Source: an uncultured Actinomycetota bacterium
GTDB taxonomy: Bacteria; Actinomycetota; Aquicultoria; Subteraquimicrobiales; CAYFXD01
DNA length: 50,725 nt
Direction: 5' to 3'
Assembly: GCA_964347095.1 (NCBI GenBank)
Contig: CAYFXD010000144.1
Coordinates: 1 to 50,725, forward strand
Shown here: piece after piece, positions 1 through 9,251 of the stretch
Position numbering within the stretch: the stretch's first letter is position 1
Layout: each line of letters opens with the position of its first letter
Program-made: the position numbers and the translations under genes
The notes under the pieces: generated by a model
What the model was told of the DNA's origin: nothing
Databases searched by the model: none
What the model saw: the letters and a program-made list of their open reading frames with translations, nothing else

Positions 1-85
1 CTATCTAGGATCGAGCGTCCAGTATTCGGCATTCTCTTTCTTTTTTCGTCATTTGTGATTATTGATTACTCATTGAGGAATTACT

Positions 86-1261
86 ATGCCAGCAATAAAG
101 GAAATACTGCATGGCAAATTGAAATTCGGCATGATCATGTTCACGATCAGCTTGATCGTAGCGCTAATTGTGGTCCTTTCTGCTTTCTCAGAGGGGCTGA
201 TCAGCGGCATGACGGGAGCGGTGGGCCAGCTCCAGGGGGATGTAGTTGTCTTCCAGGGCGATACTTATCTCACCTTGGAGCGAAGCGTCCTGACATCTGA
301 TGCAGTCGAGGAAATCAAGACCGTGGAGGGCGTGAAGAGCGCGTATGGCGTGGGCCATGTCCAGGTCTCAGTTGACTCCAGCAACGAGCCGTTTGACGGG
401 CACATCTTTGGAATGGAGGACAAGGCTCTGGTCGATCTCCCCGTAGTTGAAGGAAGTGAGAGCCGTGATCTGGAGAAAGATCAGGTAATCATTGATAAAA
501 GTGCTCAGGACAAAGGCGTCGAGGTTGGGGACGAGCTACACTTGGAGCCTACGGAGCGCAAGCTTGAGGTTGCCGGTTTCACCGAGGGCCGGCGTTTTGT
601 TATGGCTCCTGTGTTTTATGTCACTATGGATACGTGGGAGGAAATCCGGTTGGCGACTCTGCTGGGCAGGATGGAGGAGGCAGCGGAAGAGCAGGCTGCC
701 GGGCAGACTATGCCATCGGCAGCGATTATGGCCGAGTCGGTAAAGGATAGTGCCACCATAGCCGTGGCAGAGCTGGAAGAAGACACCACCGCGAGCGATG
801 TGGAGAACGCCCTGGGGGAGGATTTTGATGTAGAACCGGTCAAAGAGGCAGCTCTGAGCATGAAAGGAATGCCCATCATGCTGATGCAGGTCAATGGGAT
901 GGAGTTTGTGGCACTATTTATCGGGGCAATTGTGATCGGTGTGTTCTTTTACATAATCACACTAAACAAGACCGGCCAAATCGCGGCAGTTAAGGCGCTT
1001 GGGGCCTCCAGCGGATACCTTTACAGGCAATTGCTGCTTCAGATTACATTGCTGGTCACAGCAGGAGCTATAATCGGTACGTTGCTTGCGGTGACCTCCA
1101 GCAGATTTATGCCTCCCACCATGGGATTTGATCTCAGGATTTCAAGATGGGCAGTGACGATCGCAGCTGTGTATCTAACCGCCTATTTAGGAAGTCTCTT
1201 CTCTTTGCGCAGCATTCTGCAGATTGATCCCGCAACAGCTTTGGATACAGGTGAGCACTAA
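86..1261 (+). CDS. ABC transporter permease, FtsX/MacB type
   Basis: 391-aa ORF. It has an N-terminal TM helix (FGMIMFTISLIVALIVVLSAF), a ~230-aa hydrophilic loop, then three C-terminal TM helices with the FtsX-type segment KTGQIAAVKALGASSGYLYRQLL. GAGGA lies 6 nt upstream of the ATG. The partner ATPase gene follows. Confidence 0.85.
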   Translation: MPAIKEILHGKLKFGMIMFTISLIVALIVVLSAFSEGLISGMTGAVGQLQGDVVVFQGDTYLTLERSVLTSDAVEEIKTVEGVKSAYGVGHVQVSVDSSNEPFDGHIFGMEDKALVDLPVVEGSESRDLEKDQVIIDKSAQDKGVEVGDELHLEPTERKLEVAGFTEGRRFVMAPVFYVTMDTWEEIRLATLLGRMEEAAEEQAAGQTMPSAAIMAESVKDSATIAVAELEEDTTASDVENALGEDFDVEPVKEAALSMKGMPIMLMQVNGMEFVALFIGAIVIGVFFYIITLNKTGQIAAVKALGASSGYLYRQLLLQITLLVTAGAIIGTLLAVTSSRFMPPTMGFDLRISRWAVTIAAVYLTAYLGSLFSLRSILQIDPATALDTGEH

Positions 1262-1312
1262 CAGGCGCATGCGCGCCCAGGGAAGTTAGCGAGGAAACTG
1301 AAGGAGATCTGG

Positions 1313-1987
1313 TTGAGCTTGTTGGAAGTCAAGAATCTAACAAAAGTATATGGGCACGGTCATTCCCAAGTTGTCGCATTGGAGGACGTGTCGCTAGGGC
1401 TTGCAAAGGGCCATCTGCTGGCAATCCTTGGCCCGTCAGGTTCTGGGAAAACGACCTTGATCTCGATTATTGCTGGGTTGCTTTCACCAACATCGGGTGA
1501 GGTACTGATAAACGGTGTGCGGATTGCGGCTAATAACAGAAGGGCCGCAGCAGCCTACAGGCGGGCACAGATTGGCATTGTATTTCAGGATTATCATCTC
1601 ATTCCGTATCTCACTGCTCTGGACAATCTGCTCCTTATACCGCATTTGAGCGGGCGCATCACCCGGACTGACCGCGAACGGGCTACACAATTGCTATGCG
1701 AATTTGGTTTGGAAATGCGCGCGAAGCACAAGCCTGAAATGCTGTCGGGTGGGGAACGTCAGCGCGTGGCAATTGCGCGGGCGCTCATGAATGATCCGCA
1801 GATCATGCTGGTGGATGAGCCCACCTCAAACCTCGACACAAAACGCGGCCATAAAGTAGTGGAAATGATTCGCCAACACATCCATTCTCGCCAAATGTCA
1901 TGCGTGATGGTAAGCCACGATCCGCGGATGTGCGACCAAGCCGATACAACACTACAATTGCTGGACGGGCAAGTAGTGGCACGCTGA
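1313..1987 (+). CDS. ABC transporter ATP-binding protein (MacB/LolD-like)
   Basis: Walker A GPSGSGKTT, signature LSGGERQRVAIARAL, Walker B MLVDEPTSNLD, H-loop VSHD. TTG start with AAGGAG 6 nt upstream. Confidence 0.9.
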   Translation: MSLLEVKNLTKVYGHGHSQVVALEDVSLGLAKGHLLAILGPSGSGKTTLISIIAGLLSPTSGEVLINGVRIAANNRRAAAAYRRAQIGIVFQDYHLIPYLTALDNLLLIPHLSGRITRTDRERATQLLCEFGLEMRAKHKPEMLSGGERQRVAIARALMNDPQIMLVDEPTSNLDTKRGHKVVEMIRQHIHSRQMSCVMVSHDPRMCDQADTTLQLLDGQVVAR

Positions 1988-2018
1988 ACTCTTCCACTTG
2001 GCTCGGTTGTGCTCCGGT

Positions 2019-2234
2019 CTAATGGCTTGCGTAGATTTTCAGGTTGGTGGGAAGCAGACTGGATCTTTTGAGGAAGAGGTCTTTTCTTGTCCACCTAATC
2101 TTGTGTCCACAATTGGCGCAGGAGAGCTTGCCGCTCAGGGACTGCGGGTCCTTGAAGAAAGCTAGAGTTGTCGTCTGAAGCCCTGTGTCAATTTGCCCGC
2201 GACAATACGGACAGACGATCATAACGTTACTCAT
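2019..2234 (-). CDS. small zinc-ribbon protein (CPYC...CANC), function unknown
   Basis: 71-aa ORF with two CxxC pairs (CPYCRG, CANCGH). Strong SD: AAGGAG 7 nt upstream of the ATG on the minus strand. Confidence 0.6.
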   Translation of the reverse strand: MSNVMIVCPYCRGQIDTGLQTTTLAFFKDPQSLSGKLSCANCGHKIRWTRKDLFLKRSSLLPTNLKIYASH

Positions 2235-2752
2235 GACGCTTCTCCTTGGCTTCCAATGGATCTGAGTGCTGCGGCGAAGGTTGCGAAGATTTTACCCCAG
2301 GATTTCATGAGACAATATATCACTAACTCAGAAGAATATCAAGTGTTTCTTTTTTGGGACAAAATGTTACCCAGATTGAACCAACGGTTCCTCTAGTTGC
2401 ATGAGTTGTGCAACTTGAACTGCAGAAATTTACGGAATGTTGCTGATTCCTGAGTCCGCTATCCTCAACAGACCAAGTCCAATCCCTCCCTTCCATTTGC
2501 TACCGGGCAGGTATTTGGCCGGACTGGACTTCCCACGAGATGGCAAAAAAATATTTCAAATTTGATGGCTTATGCTATATTACTTTTATTAGCAATCTGG
2601 TGGGAAGCCGGAATATGCCAAAGAGTCGGGCCGGGTTTGCTGTGTCTGGAATTGGTACTGCATCATAGCCAACGTGATTTTGATGATCGTCAGATCCATA
2701 TCAGTGTGAAGATTGAGAAAGCTTCCAGTATGGCTTTTGATCAAGGAGCCAG

Positions 2753-3001
2753 ATGGCTGAAAAGAAACTGAGTGAGTATGCGAGGGAGCTGGGGCTGGAA
2801 GTCGACGAGCTGGTTGAACGGCTTCAGAGGTATGGTCTGCATGTTGAAGATGCATCCAGTCCTGTTCTCGAAGAAGATTTGAGACCGTTCAGGCCTGAAT
2901 TGTATCAGCATCCTGGTGGCTCACTGTCCACAAACCAGCTTGCGGAACGATTGGGTTTTTCCTCCGAGTTCATTGAGGAAAGTGTGCGGATTCTGAACTA
3001 G
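2753..3001 (+). CDS. small protein with two IF2_N-like helix-turn-helix repeats; possibly the 5' part of the downstream LCP gene
   Basis: Repeats LSEYARELGLEVDELVERLQRYGL and LSTNQLAERLGFSSEFIEESVRIL resemble the N-terminal domain of IF-2. AGGAG lies 4 nt upstream of the ATG. The ORF ends at TAG 2999-3001, in the same frame as ORF 3050-4507. Confidence 0.6.
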   Translation: MAEKKLSEYARELGLEVDELVERLQRYGLHVEDASSPVLEEDLRPFRPELYQHPGGSLSTNQLAERLGFSSEFIEESVRILN

Positions 3002-3049
3002 GACCCGGCAGGGAACTTCCGCAATCTAGATTCCGAGGCAATCGAAGCC

Positions 3050-4507
3050 TTGATCGCTGTGAAAGAGCCGCTGAGGGTTAAAGAGCTCGGCAGGCGGTTG
3101 GGGCTTTCATCTAGAAGGACGCTCAGATTACTGGAAAAGCTGGGACGTCCTGCACTTCACAACAGATCACGCATTGATCCAGTCACCGTAAACGTTCTAT
3201 CAAAGGTTCAACTTGGCGGCATAAAAGAGTATCTGAGGCTGAAGAAAAGGGCTGGATCTGAACGTCAAGCCGCCAAAAGCGGCGAGGGAAGTTACTCATC
3301 CGTATTTGGCATAGCCTTTATCATAGCCTCATGGCTATGTTTTTTATTAACGGCTGGCTATATTGCCTATGGATTCTATGGTTTGAGCCGAATGAGTCAA
3401 CAGGCAAGCGTGAGCCTGACCCATAATGACAAGAATTACGAAAGCCCCAAAAAGATTGAATCAAGCGAGCCTATAAATGTGCTGGTTTTAGGGATCGAGG
3501 CAACGGACTGGGAGGATAAGACCAGATCGGACACGATCATGGTGGCCAGGGTTGACCCTGCAAATGGCAAGGTCACTATAGTATCGATTCCCCGAGATTC
3601 CCGAATGCCAATGGGAAAATATGGAGAGCAGAAGCTTGCGCACGCATATTTCTTTGGAGGAGCACCATTTGTTGAAGAGACAATCACCGAGAACCTAGGT
3701 ATTCCGATAGATCGCCGTGTTGAGGTCCATTTCCAGGGATTCTACGAAATAGTTGACTATCTTGGGGGAATCGAGATTCAAGTCGAAAAACCGATGCGCA
3801 GTCCCAGATTCTGGAATTTCCGCCCTTTTACCATTCCGGCCGGCAAACGGCGTTTGAGTCCAAAACAGGCTTTGGCCTATGTGCATTTCCGGTTTGACAG
3901 AAAAGGAGACATAGGAAGAATAGAAAGACAGCAGAAGTTTGTCCGGGCAGTTGCCAAGCAGATCAAAAAGTCCAACAACCTCATTGAATTGCCAATAATG
4001 GTTAACCAGTTAGCATCTCATATGCGAACAAACCTGTCCGTGACGGAGATGCTGTTTTGGGGCAAGATCTTATGGAAGATAGACCTTAGTGATGTTGAAA
4101 CAGAAACGGTGCCGGGTAGTCCTAAGATGATCTATGACAAAGATGCCGGAAAGAAATTGAGTTTTTGGCTGATAGATGATGACAAGGCTGCGCCACTCAT
4201 CAGCCGTGTCTTTGACATTCCGTTGTATCAAAAGGAAGATGAACGAAAGCCGCAAAAATCAAATAATGATAAGGAAGATGCGCCGGTGCGGGCAAAACCA
4301 GACATCAATTATGGCCAGGAGGCGCCAGCTGCCTCTTCAAGTCAAGCATCGCAACAGTACACAGTAAAGCAGGGAGAATCGATATCGTCGATTGCGGACC
4401 AGTCTGGGATCGAGGTTGGTGATCTGATCAAGGCAAATCCTCAAGTAAGCGATGCAAACCTGATCGAAGCGGGAGATGTTCTTACGATCCCTGCCCGCAC
4501 ACAATGA
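3050..4507 (+). CDS. LytR-CpsA-Psr (LCP) family cell-wall polymer ligase with C-terminal LysM domain
   Basis: LCP core INVLVLGIEATDWEDKTRSDTIMVARVDPANGKVTIVSIPRDS ... LGIPIDRRVEVHFQGFYEIVDYLGGIEI. One TM helix (FGIAFIIASWLCFLLTAGYIAYGFYGL). LysM tail YTVKQGESISSIADQSGIEVGDLIKANPQVSDANLIEAGDVLTIP. A third IF2_N-like repeat sits at the N-terminus. The start is uncertain (TTG 3050 or GTG 3059). Confidence 0.85.
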   Translation: MIAVKEPLRVKELGRRLGLSSRRTLRLLEKLGRPALHNRSRIDPVTVNVLSKVQLGGIKEYLRLKKRAGSERQAAKSGEGSYSSVFGIAFIIASWLCFLLTAGYIAYGFYGLSRMSQQASVSLTHNDKNYESPKKIESSEPINVLVLGIEATDWEDKTRSDTIMVARVDPANGKVTIVSIPRDSRMPMGKYGEQKLAHAYFFGGAPFVEETITENLGIPIDRRVEVHFQGFYEIVDYLGGIEIQVEKPMRSPRFWNFRPFTIPAGKRRLSPKQALAYVHFRFDRKGDIGRIERQQKFVRAVAKQIKKSNNLIELPIMVNQLASHMRTNLSVTEMLFWGKILWKIDLSDVETETVPGSPKMIYDKDAGKKLSFWLIDDDKAAPLISRVFDIPLYQKEDERKPQKSNNDKEDAPVRAKPDINYGQEAPAASSSQASQQYTVKQGESISSIADQSGIEVGDLIKANPQVSDANLIEAGDVLTIPARTQ

Positions 4508-4819
4508 GGGCGAGGTCCTTATAATTGCAGAATGCCCCGTGCAAAAAACTGGTTCACCGAAGCCCGTTCACCGTTGGCCGAAAGATGTGCCGCTGTGGTC
4601 AGGGTCTGCAGTGCCCGCCAAGCAAGCGGCGTTCGGTTTTCGGTGTGCGGCTAGCCTAGAACCACATAGATCGGTTAGGTCTAGCTTTGCCAGCTCATTC
4701 CGGATCTGGTTTTTTGCTTTTATGTTGCGCGAACAGACAACCGCAAATTGCAAACCATTTTTGAGGATACGGGTTTCCTAGCTGTAGCTTGTGACCGTTC
4801 TGCTGCATTGTACATTGAA

Positions 4820-6547
4820 TTATTGGATCAGACCTGACCTTATCTCTAATGCTTCTGGGCTCACGGCGGATCCGAGAACCAGGCTTTTTGCTTCTTCTAG
4901 TTCCATCTGAGCTTCAATCTTCTTACTCTGGTATGTGTAGACTTGGGCCAAGCATAAGTGAGCTCGGATGTCATCGGGTGCGAGCTCTAGTGCATCTTGC
5001 GATTCCTCGAAAGCCTTTTCATGCTCATCAGTGCTTAGATAGATAAGAGCAAGATTTCTGTGCGGAAGAGCATTGCGGTTATAGAGAGCGATTGCACGGT
5101 TAAAATGGACCGCAGCTCCTTGCAGCAGATGCATTTGCCTCTCTTTGCTGATTCCCTTTTTTCGCGCCCGACAGAACATTATATTGCCCCAATTGTTGTC
5201 AATGTTGCTCCTTAGATAATTGAGATTCACGCCCAGCGACAGGAGACCAATAGCCAGTATCGGCAACACCAGCTTCTTCTGCCTTGACCACACGGACTTC
5301 AGGATTCTTGTCTTAGGAGATTGTGTTTCTGTGCCTAACTCTCGTATCTTCCACTCAGCCATGACCAACGCAATTATTAGCCAAAAAAGCATTCCCAGGC
5401 GCACGCCCGCGTTTACAGAGTCAATCAGGCCTTGGAAGAGAAAGCCGATTAAGCTGCAAAAAAGACCCAGAGACAAGGCATGATGATACCCTGTCGAGTA
5501 TTTCTGCAATCTGAAAGTTGCTCGGAGTGCCAAAAACAGAAGCCAACCAAAAGCGAGCAGAGAGAGCATTCCGGTCTCAGCGGCAGGCTGCAGGAGTATA
5601 TTGTGAGCATGCCTTGAGAAGGGGGTGTACATCTCTGCTCCGGGCAATTGGAAATAATGGTAGGCAGCTTCGTACGCACCCAATCCCACGCCTGTAAGAG
5701 GGAATTCGCGGATCATATCAACCGAACTCTGCCATATATATACGCGGGCAATGAAAGTGAAATCCGATTCTAGATATGTCTTTAACTGGGACTGAAAGGA
5801 GATTGTCAATCCCGCAATTAATATGAGCACTGCGATGCCTGTCTTTGGTTTTTTAATGGTGATGAACGCGAAGATCGCGCCAAAGAGACCAAAGAGCGTA
5901 CCTCTAGAGCTGGTAAGGAACGGGATGATCATCATTAGGATGAATGCCAAGGCCATCAGGTATCTCTTGGAGTCTTTGTGTCCCCAGACAGCTAAGGAGA
6001 ATGCGACTGGCATCAAGAATAGAGTGAAACCGCCAAGCGAATTCTGATATCCTGTGCCCGGATCAAGTAGGGCGTTGCGAAGCTTGAGCAGCGGCGACAG
6101 CAGGAGCTTGAGTGACTGGATGGGCAGATACGCAGTTGCGGCCGGGACCAGCCAGGAAACAAGTGCGACCAGAGAGAGTAGAGCAGAAACCAGAATAGCC
6201 AGGCTCACCAGCTGGTGTAGCTCTTCTTCCTCTTCAATATGGTTGACAATGGTAAAATAGAGGGCCAGGTACATGGCTAGTTGGTATATCTTGTATGTGG
6301 TTGCGGGTCTATCAATCGAGGTCAACAATGATAAGGCCCCCGTGGCCGCGATCAGGAGGATTGGAAAATCAAGGGGTGTCCTGGTCCACTTATTTCCTGA
6401 GAGCCAGGGCCGCAAGGCAAGCAATACGACAACTGCTGCTAATGCCAACGGTCTGAGACGAGGGACAAAGAGTAGAAAGGGAAGGGCAGCTATCCAAACA
6501 GCTATTTCAATTTTTTTATAGTTGCTGCGGAGATGGGCGATGTCCAT
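4820..6547 (-). CDS. O-antigen ligase/polymerase-like (Wzy_C) polytopic membrane protein with C-terminal TPR repeats
   Basis: Many TM helices. Motifs SSRGTLFGLFGAIFAF and HAHNILLQPAAETGMLSLLAF are typical of Wzy_C proteins. The C-terminal ~120 aa look TPR-like (NRAIALYNRNALPHRNLALIYLSTDEHEKAFEESQDALELAPDDIRAHLCLAQVY). Confidence 0.8.
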   Translation of the reverse strand: MDIAHLRSNYKKIEIAVWIAALPFLLFVPRLRPLALAAVVVLLALRPWLSGNKWTRTPLDFPILLIAATGALSLLTSIDRPATTYKIYQLAMYLALYFTIVNHIEEEEELHQLVSLAILVSALLSLVALVSWLVPAATAYLPIQSLKLLLSPLLKLRNALLDPGTGYQNSLGGFTLFLMPVAFSLAVWGHKDSKRYLMALAFILMMIIPFLTSSRGTLFGLFGAIFAFITIKKPKTGIAVLILIAGLTISFQSQLKTYLESDFTFIARVYIWQSSVDMIREFPLTGVGLGAYEAAYHYFQLPGAEMYTPFSRHAHNILLQPAAETGMLSLLAFGWLLFLALRATFRLQKYSTGYHHALSLGLFCSLIGFLFQGLIDSVNAGVRLGMLFWLIIALVMAEWKIRELGTETQSPKTRILKSVWSRQKKLVLPILAIGLLSLGVNLNYLRSNIDNNWGNIMFCRARKKGISKERQMHLLQGAAVHFNRAIALYNRNALPHRNLALIYLSTDEHEKAFEESQDALELAPDDIRAHLCLAQVYTYQSKKIEAQMELEEAKSLVLGSAVSPEALEIRSGLIQ

Positions 6548-7069
6548 CTAGGTTTTTGCTCTGCCTTTCATTCCCTCATAAGCCGGGCAATCCAATTCCC
6601 CTTGCTTGCAATATTTGCATACATGATTGCTTCTAAGATAGAATCCCAGAACCACTGCAATCAGCAGATACAGCAAGAAAAGAAGCAGGAGAAGAGGCGT
6701 AAATTCAAATAGCAAATAGACAATTGCTACAATGAGCGGCAAGAATAGTATTGTGAAGCTAACTATAGCCACTGGTGTTATGTTGCTGGGATTGCTAAAG
6801 TCTGAATTATCTCTCTGCTTGAACAGGAACGCGGCTGTGATTCCCAAACCGGTAGAGCATCTTTTTCCGTAGTAATAGCAATGGGCGCATCTGAATCTCA
6901 TGGCCAAGATCAGTGAAACAAGCGCAATAATTACGTAAACTGTGGCTGGCAGGACTCCCCAAATGAGGTAGAAAATCAACGCTCCCAACAGATAGTTTAG
7001 GAGGCTCGTGAGGGAGGCAAAAAGAAAGATCGAAAAGGGATAGTCTTCTTCGAACGTTCTCTCGGCCAT
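6548..7069 (-). CDS. cysteine-motif integral membrane protein, function unknown
   Basis: 173-aa ORF with ~5 hydrophobic helices and two Cys clusters (CAHCYYYGKRC; CKYCKQGELDC). GGGAGA lies 5 nt upstream of the ATG. Its stop TAG directly abuts the ATG of the Wzy_C-like gene. Confidence 0.6.
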   Translation of the reverse strand: MAERTFEEDYPFSIFLFASLTSLLNYLLGALIFYLIWGVLPATVYVIIALVSLILAMRFRCAHCYYYGKRCSTGLGITAAFLFKQRDNSDFSNPSNITPVAIVSFTILFLPLIVAIVYLLFEFTPLLLLLFLLYLLIAVVLGFYLRSNHVCKYCKQGELDCPAYEGMKGRAKT

Positions 7070-7228
7070 GGTTGTCTCCCTGGCGATCGATTTTGCCTTT
7101 GGTCATCATATCAAAAAATGGACAGGTGAAAAAGCAGACAATATCGAAGTTTTACATTGCTGTTCAGCTCGCCACGATAGCACATACATTGCCGAATCGA
7201 CCAGCGTGTCAGAAACGTGGGGTCATGC

Positions 7229-8029
7229 ATGGAGACCAAGCAAAACCGTGTCTTATGCCAAGGTGAATCATTGGAGATATGCTATTTCTTGCGGGAGGCG
7301 CATGATGCGACCATCTTGTATCTCCATGGTTTGGGGTGTTCAAAAGAAGATTTTTCGGCCGCAACCAATCTGGATGAAATGGAAAATTTCACCATAATGG
7401 CCTTTGACTTCCCAGGCTGCGGCAATTCATCCTATCCGAAAAATGCACGACTTGATATGGTTCATCTGGTAGAAATTGTTCGAAAAACAGCAGATGCAGT
7501 CAGCTTGGATTCCCCCGTCGTTATTGGGCACAGCATGGGGGGACTGGTGGGTCTACTATATTGTGAGCGGTATCCGAAAGCCGTCCAGGGATTTGTTAAT
7601 GTGGAGGGTAACTTGTCTCTCGAGGACTGCTTCATATCTTGCAGGGCAGGCCTACATGGACGTGAAGAGTTCAAGAAGATCGTCTTTCCCAATCTGATCA
7701 GAGAGCTCTCATTGACCCAAAACATGGGTTATCAAAAACTCGTGCAAGCATTGAAGCGGCAGACATCTCCCGAGGCTTTCTGGGACTATTCAAAGTCCCT
7801 CGTTGATTACTCTGAAAAGCTGGATTTGCTGCACATGTTTACCCATCTAGACATGCCCAGGCTGTTCATAAGAGGGTCAGAAAGCCCCAAGCATTCCTAC
7901 CTTGACCTTTTGCATCGCTCAGGGATAAGAATCTGTGAGATATCAAAAAGCGATCATTTCCCGTTCCATGACAATCCGGAAGCCTTTTTCAAGACAATCT
8001 GGGACTTCCTTGCCGAACTGCGCCTTTAG
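7229..8029 (+). CDS. alpha/beta-fold hydrolase
   Basis: HGLG oxyanion motif (ILYLHGLGCS), nucleophile elbow GHSMGG, and C-terminal SDHFPFHDNPEAF (His of the triad). ATG 7229 chosen; GTG 7217 is possible. Confidence 0.8.
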   Translation: METKQNRVLCQGESLEICYFLREAHDATILYLHGLGCSKEDFSAATNLDEMENFTIMAFDFPGCGNSSYPKNARLDMVHLVEIVRKTADAVSLDSPVVIGHSMGGLVGLLYCERYPKAVQGFVNVEGNLSLEDCFISCRAGLHGREEFKKIVFPNLIRELSLTQNMGYQKLVQALKRQTSPEAFWDYSKSLVDYSEKLDLLHMFTHLDMPRLFIRGSESPKHSYLDLLHRSGIRICEISKSDHFPFHDNPEAFFKTIWDFLAELRL

Positions 8030-8205
8030 ATTCTTCCTCTCTCCAACGCAAAGGCCGATGAGCGAGTTGCGACGAGCGACAAGCCAAAAGAAACGAGATA
8101 ATCCGTCGAGTCACTTGTGGGACCAAAAAACCAGCTACCGGCAGGAACAAGCAGGTCTTCTTGCATTCAAATCGCTGATCGAAAGTTGCTGATGGCCAAC
8201 TGTAT

Positions 8206-8745
8206 TTATTTGTTCCTCACGCCTGCCTGCGTCAACTGAGTTAGCTTCTTGAGACTGGCCTCAATGAATGGAGGAATATCTCTCGGATCTCTGCTGGTGA
8301 TCAGATTCCCGTCCTCAACCACCGCTCTGTTAACAAATATAGCTCCTGCGTTTTTGATCTCCTGAATGACCGACTTATAACACGTAACTTTTCTGCCCTG
8401 AAGGGATTCTGCAGATATCAGCAGCTGAGGGCCGTGGCAGATGGCGAGCACTGGTTTGCCGCTCTCAACAAACTCCTTCACGAACTGAACAGCCTCGTTA
8501 TGAGCGCGCAATCTGTCGGGAGAATAGCCGCCAGGGATAAATAATGCATCATAATCTGCAGCCGAGACATCTTTGACTGCCTCGTCGATTGTGACCTTCG
8601 AACCGGATCTTTTTCCCGTTATTCTTTTGCCTCTGCTCAGGCCAATCTTTATTACCCTATGACCTGCATCCTCAAAGGCTTTAGCTGGCTGTGTGTATTC
8701 AACATCCTCAAACCAATCATCGATTATTACTGCTATCTTGCTCAT
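8206..8745 (-). CDS. DJ-1/PfpI family protein (intracellular protease / glyoxalase III type)
   Basis: KIAVIIDDWFEDVEY ... YDALFIPGG ... KPVLAICHGPQLLISA nucleophile-elbow Cys-His. AGGGAGG lies 7 nt upstream of ATG 8745. Confidence 0.85.
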   Translation of the reverse strand: MSKIAVIIDDWFEDVEYTQPAKAFEDAGHRVIKIGLSRGKRITGKRSGSKVTIDEAVKDVSAADYDALFIPGGYSPDRLRAHNEAVQFVKEFVESGKPVLAICHGPQLLISAESLQGRKVTCYKSVIQEIKNAGAIFVNRAVVEDGNLITSRDPRDIPPFIEASLKKLTQLTQAGVRNK

Positions 8746-8985
8746 ATGGTGACCTCCCTTTGTCACCTAGGTGGACTTCGGGCTCTATTATCATATCCAA
8801 GAGCCCTAGATTCAAACGCACTCATGTGCGCTGACTGCACGTTTGAAAGCTCCTGCGATCACTGTTTGCTGCCGGAGTAGGCAACTGCTCCTTGTACTTT
8901 TATCTTATTGGCCAGAAAGACGGAATCAAGTACTTGAAAAAAAATGGCAAAGAAGAGTCCACCATGCGTCTTTTCGCCGATCCTA

Positions 8986-9038
8986 TTGTCCTTAAGAAAA
9001 GGCTGTGCTAATATATGACTGACTGGTCAGTCATATAT
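8986..9038 (+). promoter_or_regulatory. candidate sigma70-type promoter overlapped by a perfect 13-bp-arm palindrome (likely TetR operator)
   Basis: TTGTCC (8986-8991), a 17-nt spacer, then TAATAT (9009-9014). Palindrome ATATATGACTGAC-tg-GTCAGTCATATAT at 9011-9038. It sits in the divergent gap between the DJ-1/PfpI and TetR genes. Confidence 0.45.
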
Positions 9039-9251
9039 CTATGTTACCTTGTAGAATGAATAACGGGATGGAAAATGACGATATGTGTTCCGACTGAGCG
9101 GTCATTAAAGATATCATGAGTAGCGAGAAGCTGGCGAGCGAGACAAGAATAATTCTGAAGACTAGGGCTCTGTATTTGCCGTCATTAACAGCGACTTCAG
9201 CCGCATCAAATGAGCCGGCGCTGGGCGATAGGAGAAAAGGAGCAAGAGCAG

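Noticed and set aside
2193-2771. Small plus-strand ORFs 2193-2396 and 2562-2771, considered as leader peptides or small proteins.
   Set aside because: There is no SD. The first overlaps the zinc-ribbon gene start antisense and the second runs into the start of the 2753 gene. Coding evidence is insufficient.
2999-3001. Pyrrolysine or systematic amber suppression as an explanation for the in-frame TAG codons at 2999 and 15628.
   Set aside because: TAG ends other genes at normal lengths (FtsX permease at 13771-13773, membrane protein at 6548-6550). No pyl genes are visible in the window. A local nonsense mutation is the simpler explanation.
4568-4753. A 61-aa minus-strand ORF and an overlapping 101-aa plus-strand ORF in the convergent gap between the LCP and Wzy_C genes. 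I considered them as a possible recombinase or IS remnant.
   Set aside because: There is no SD, only a TTG start and no recognisable motif. The region also contains an imperfect hairpin (about 4650-4686), consistent with a bidirectional terminator region.
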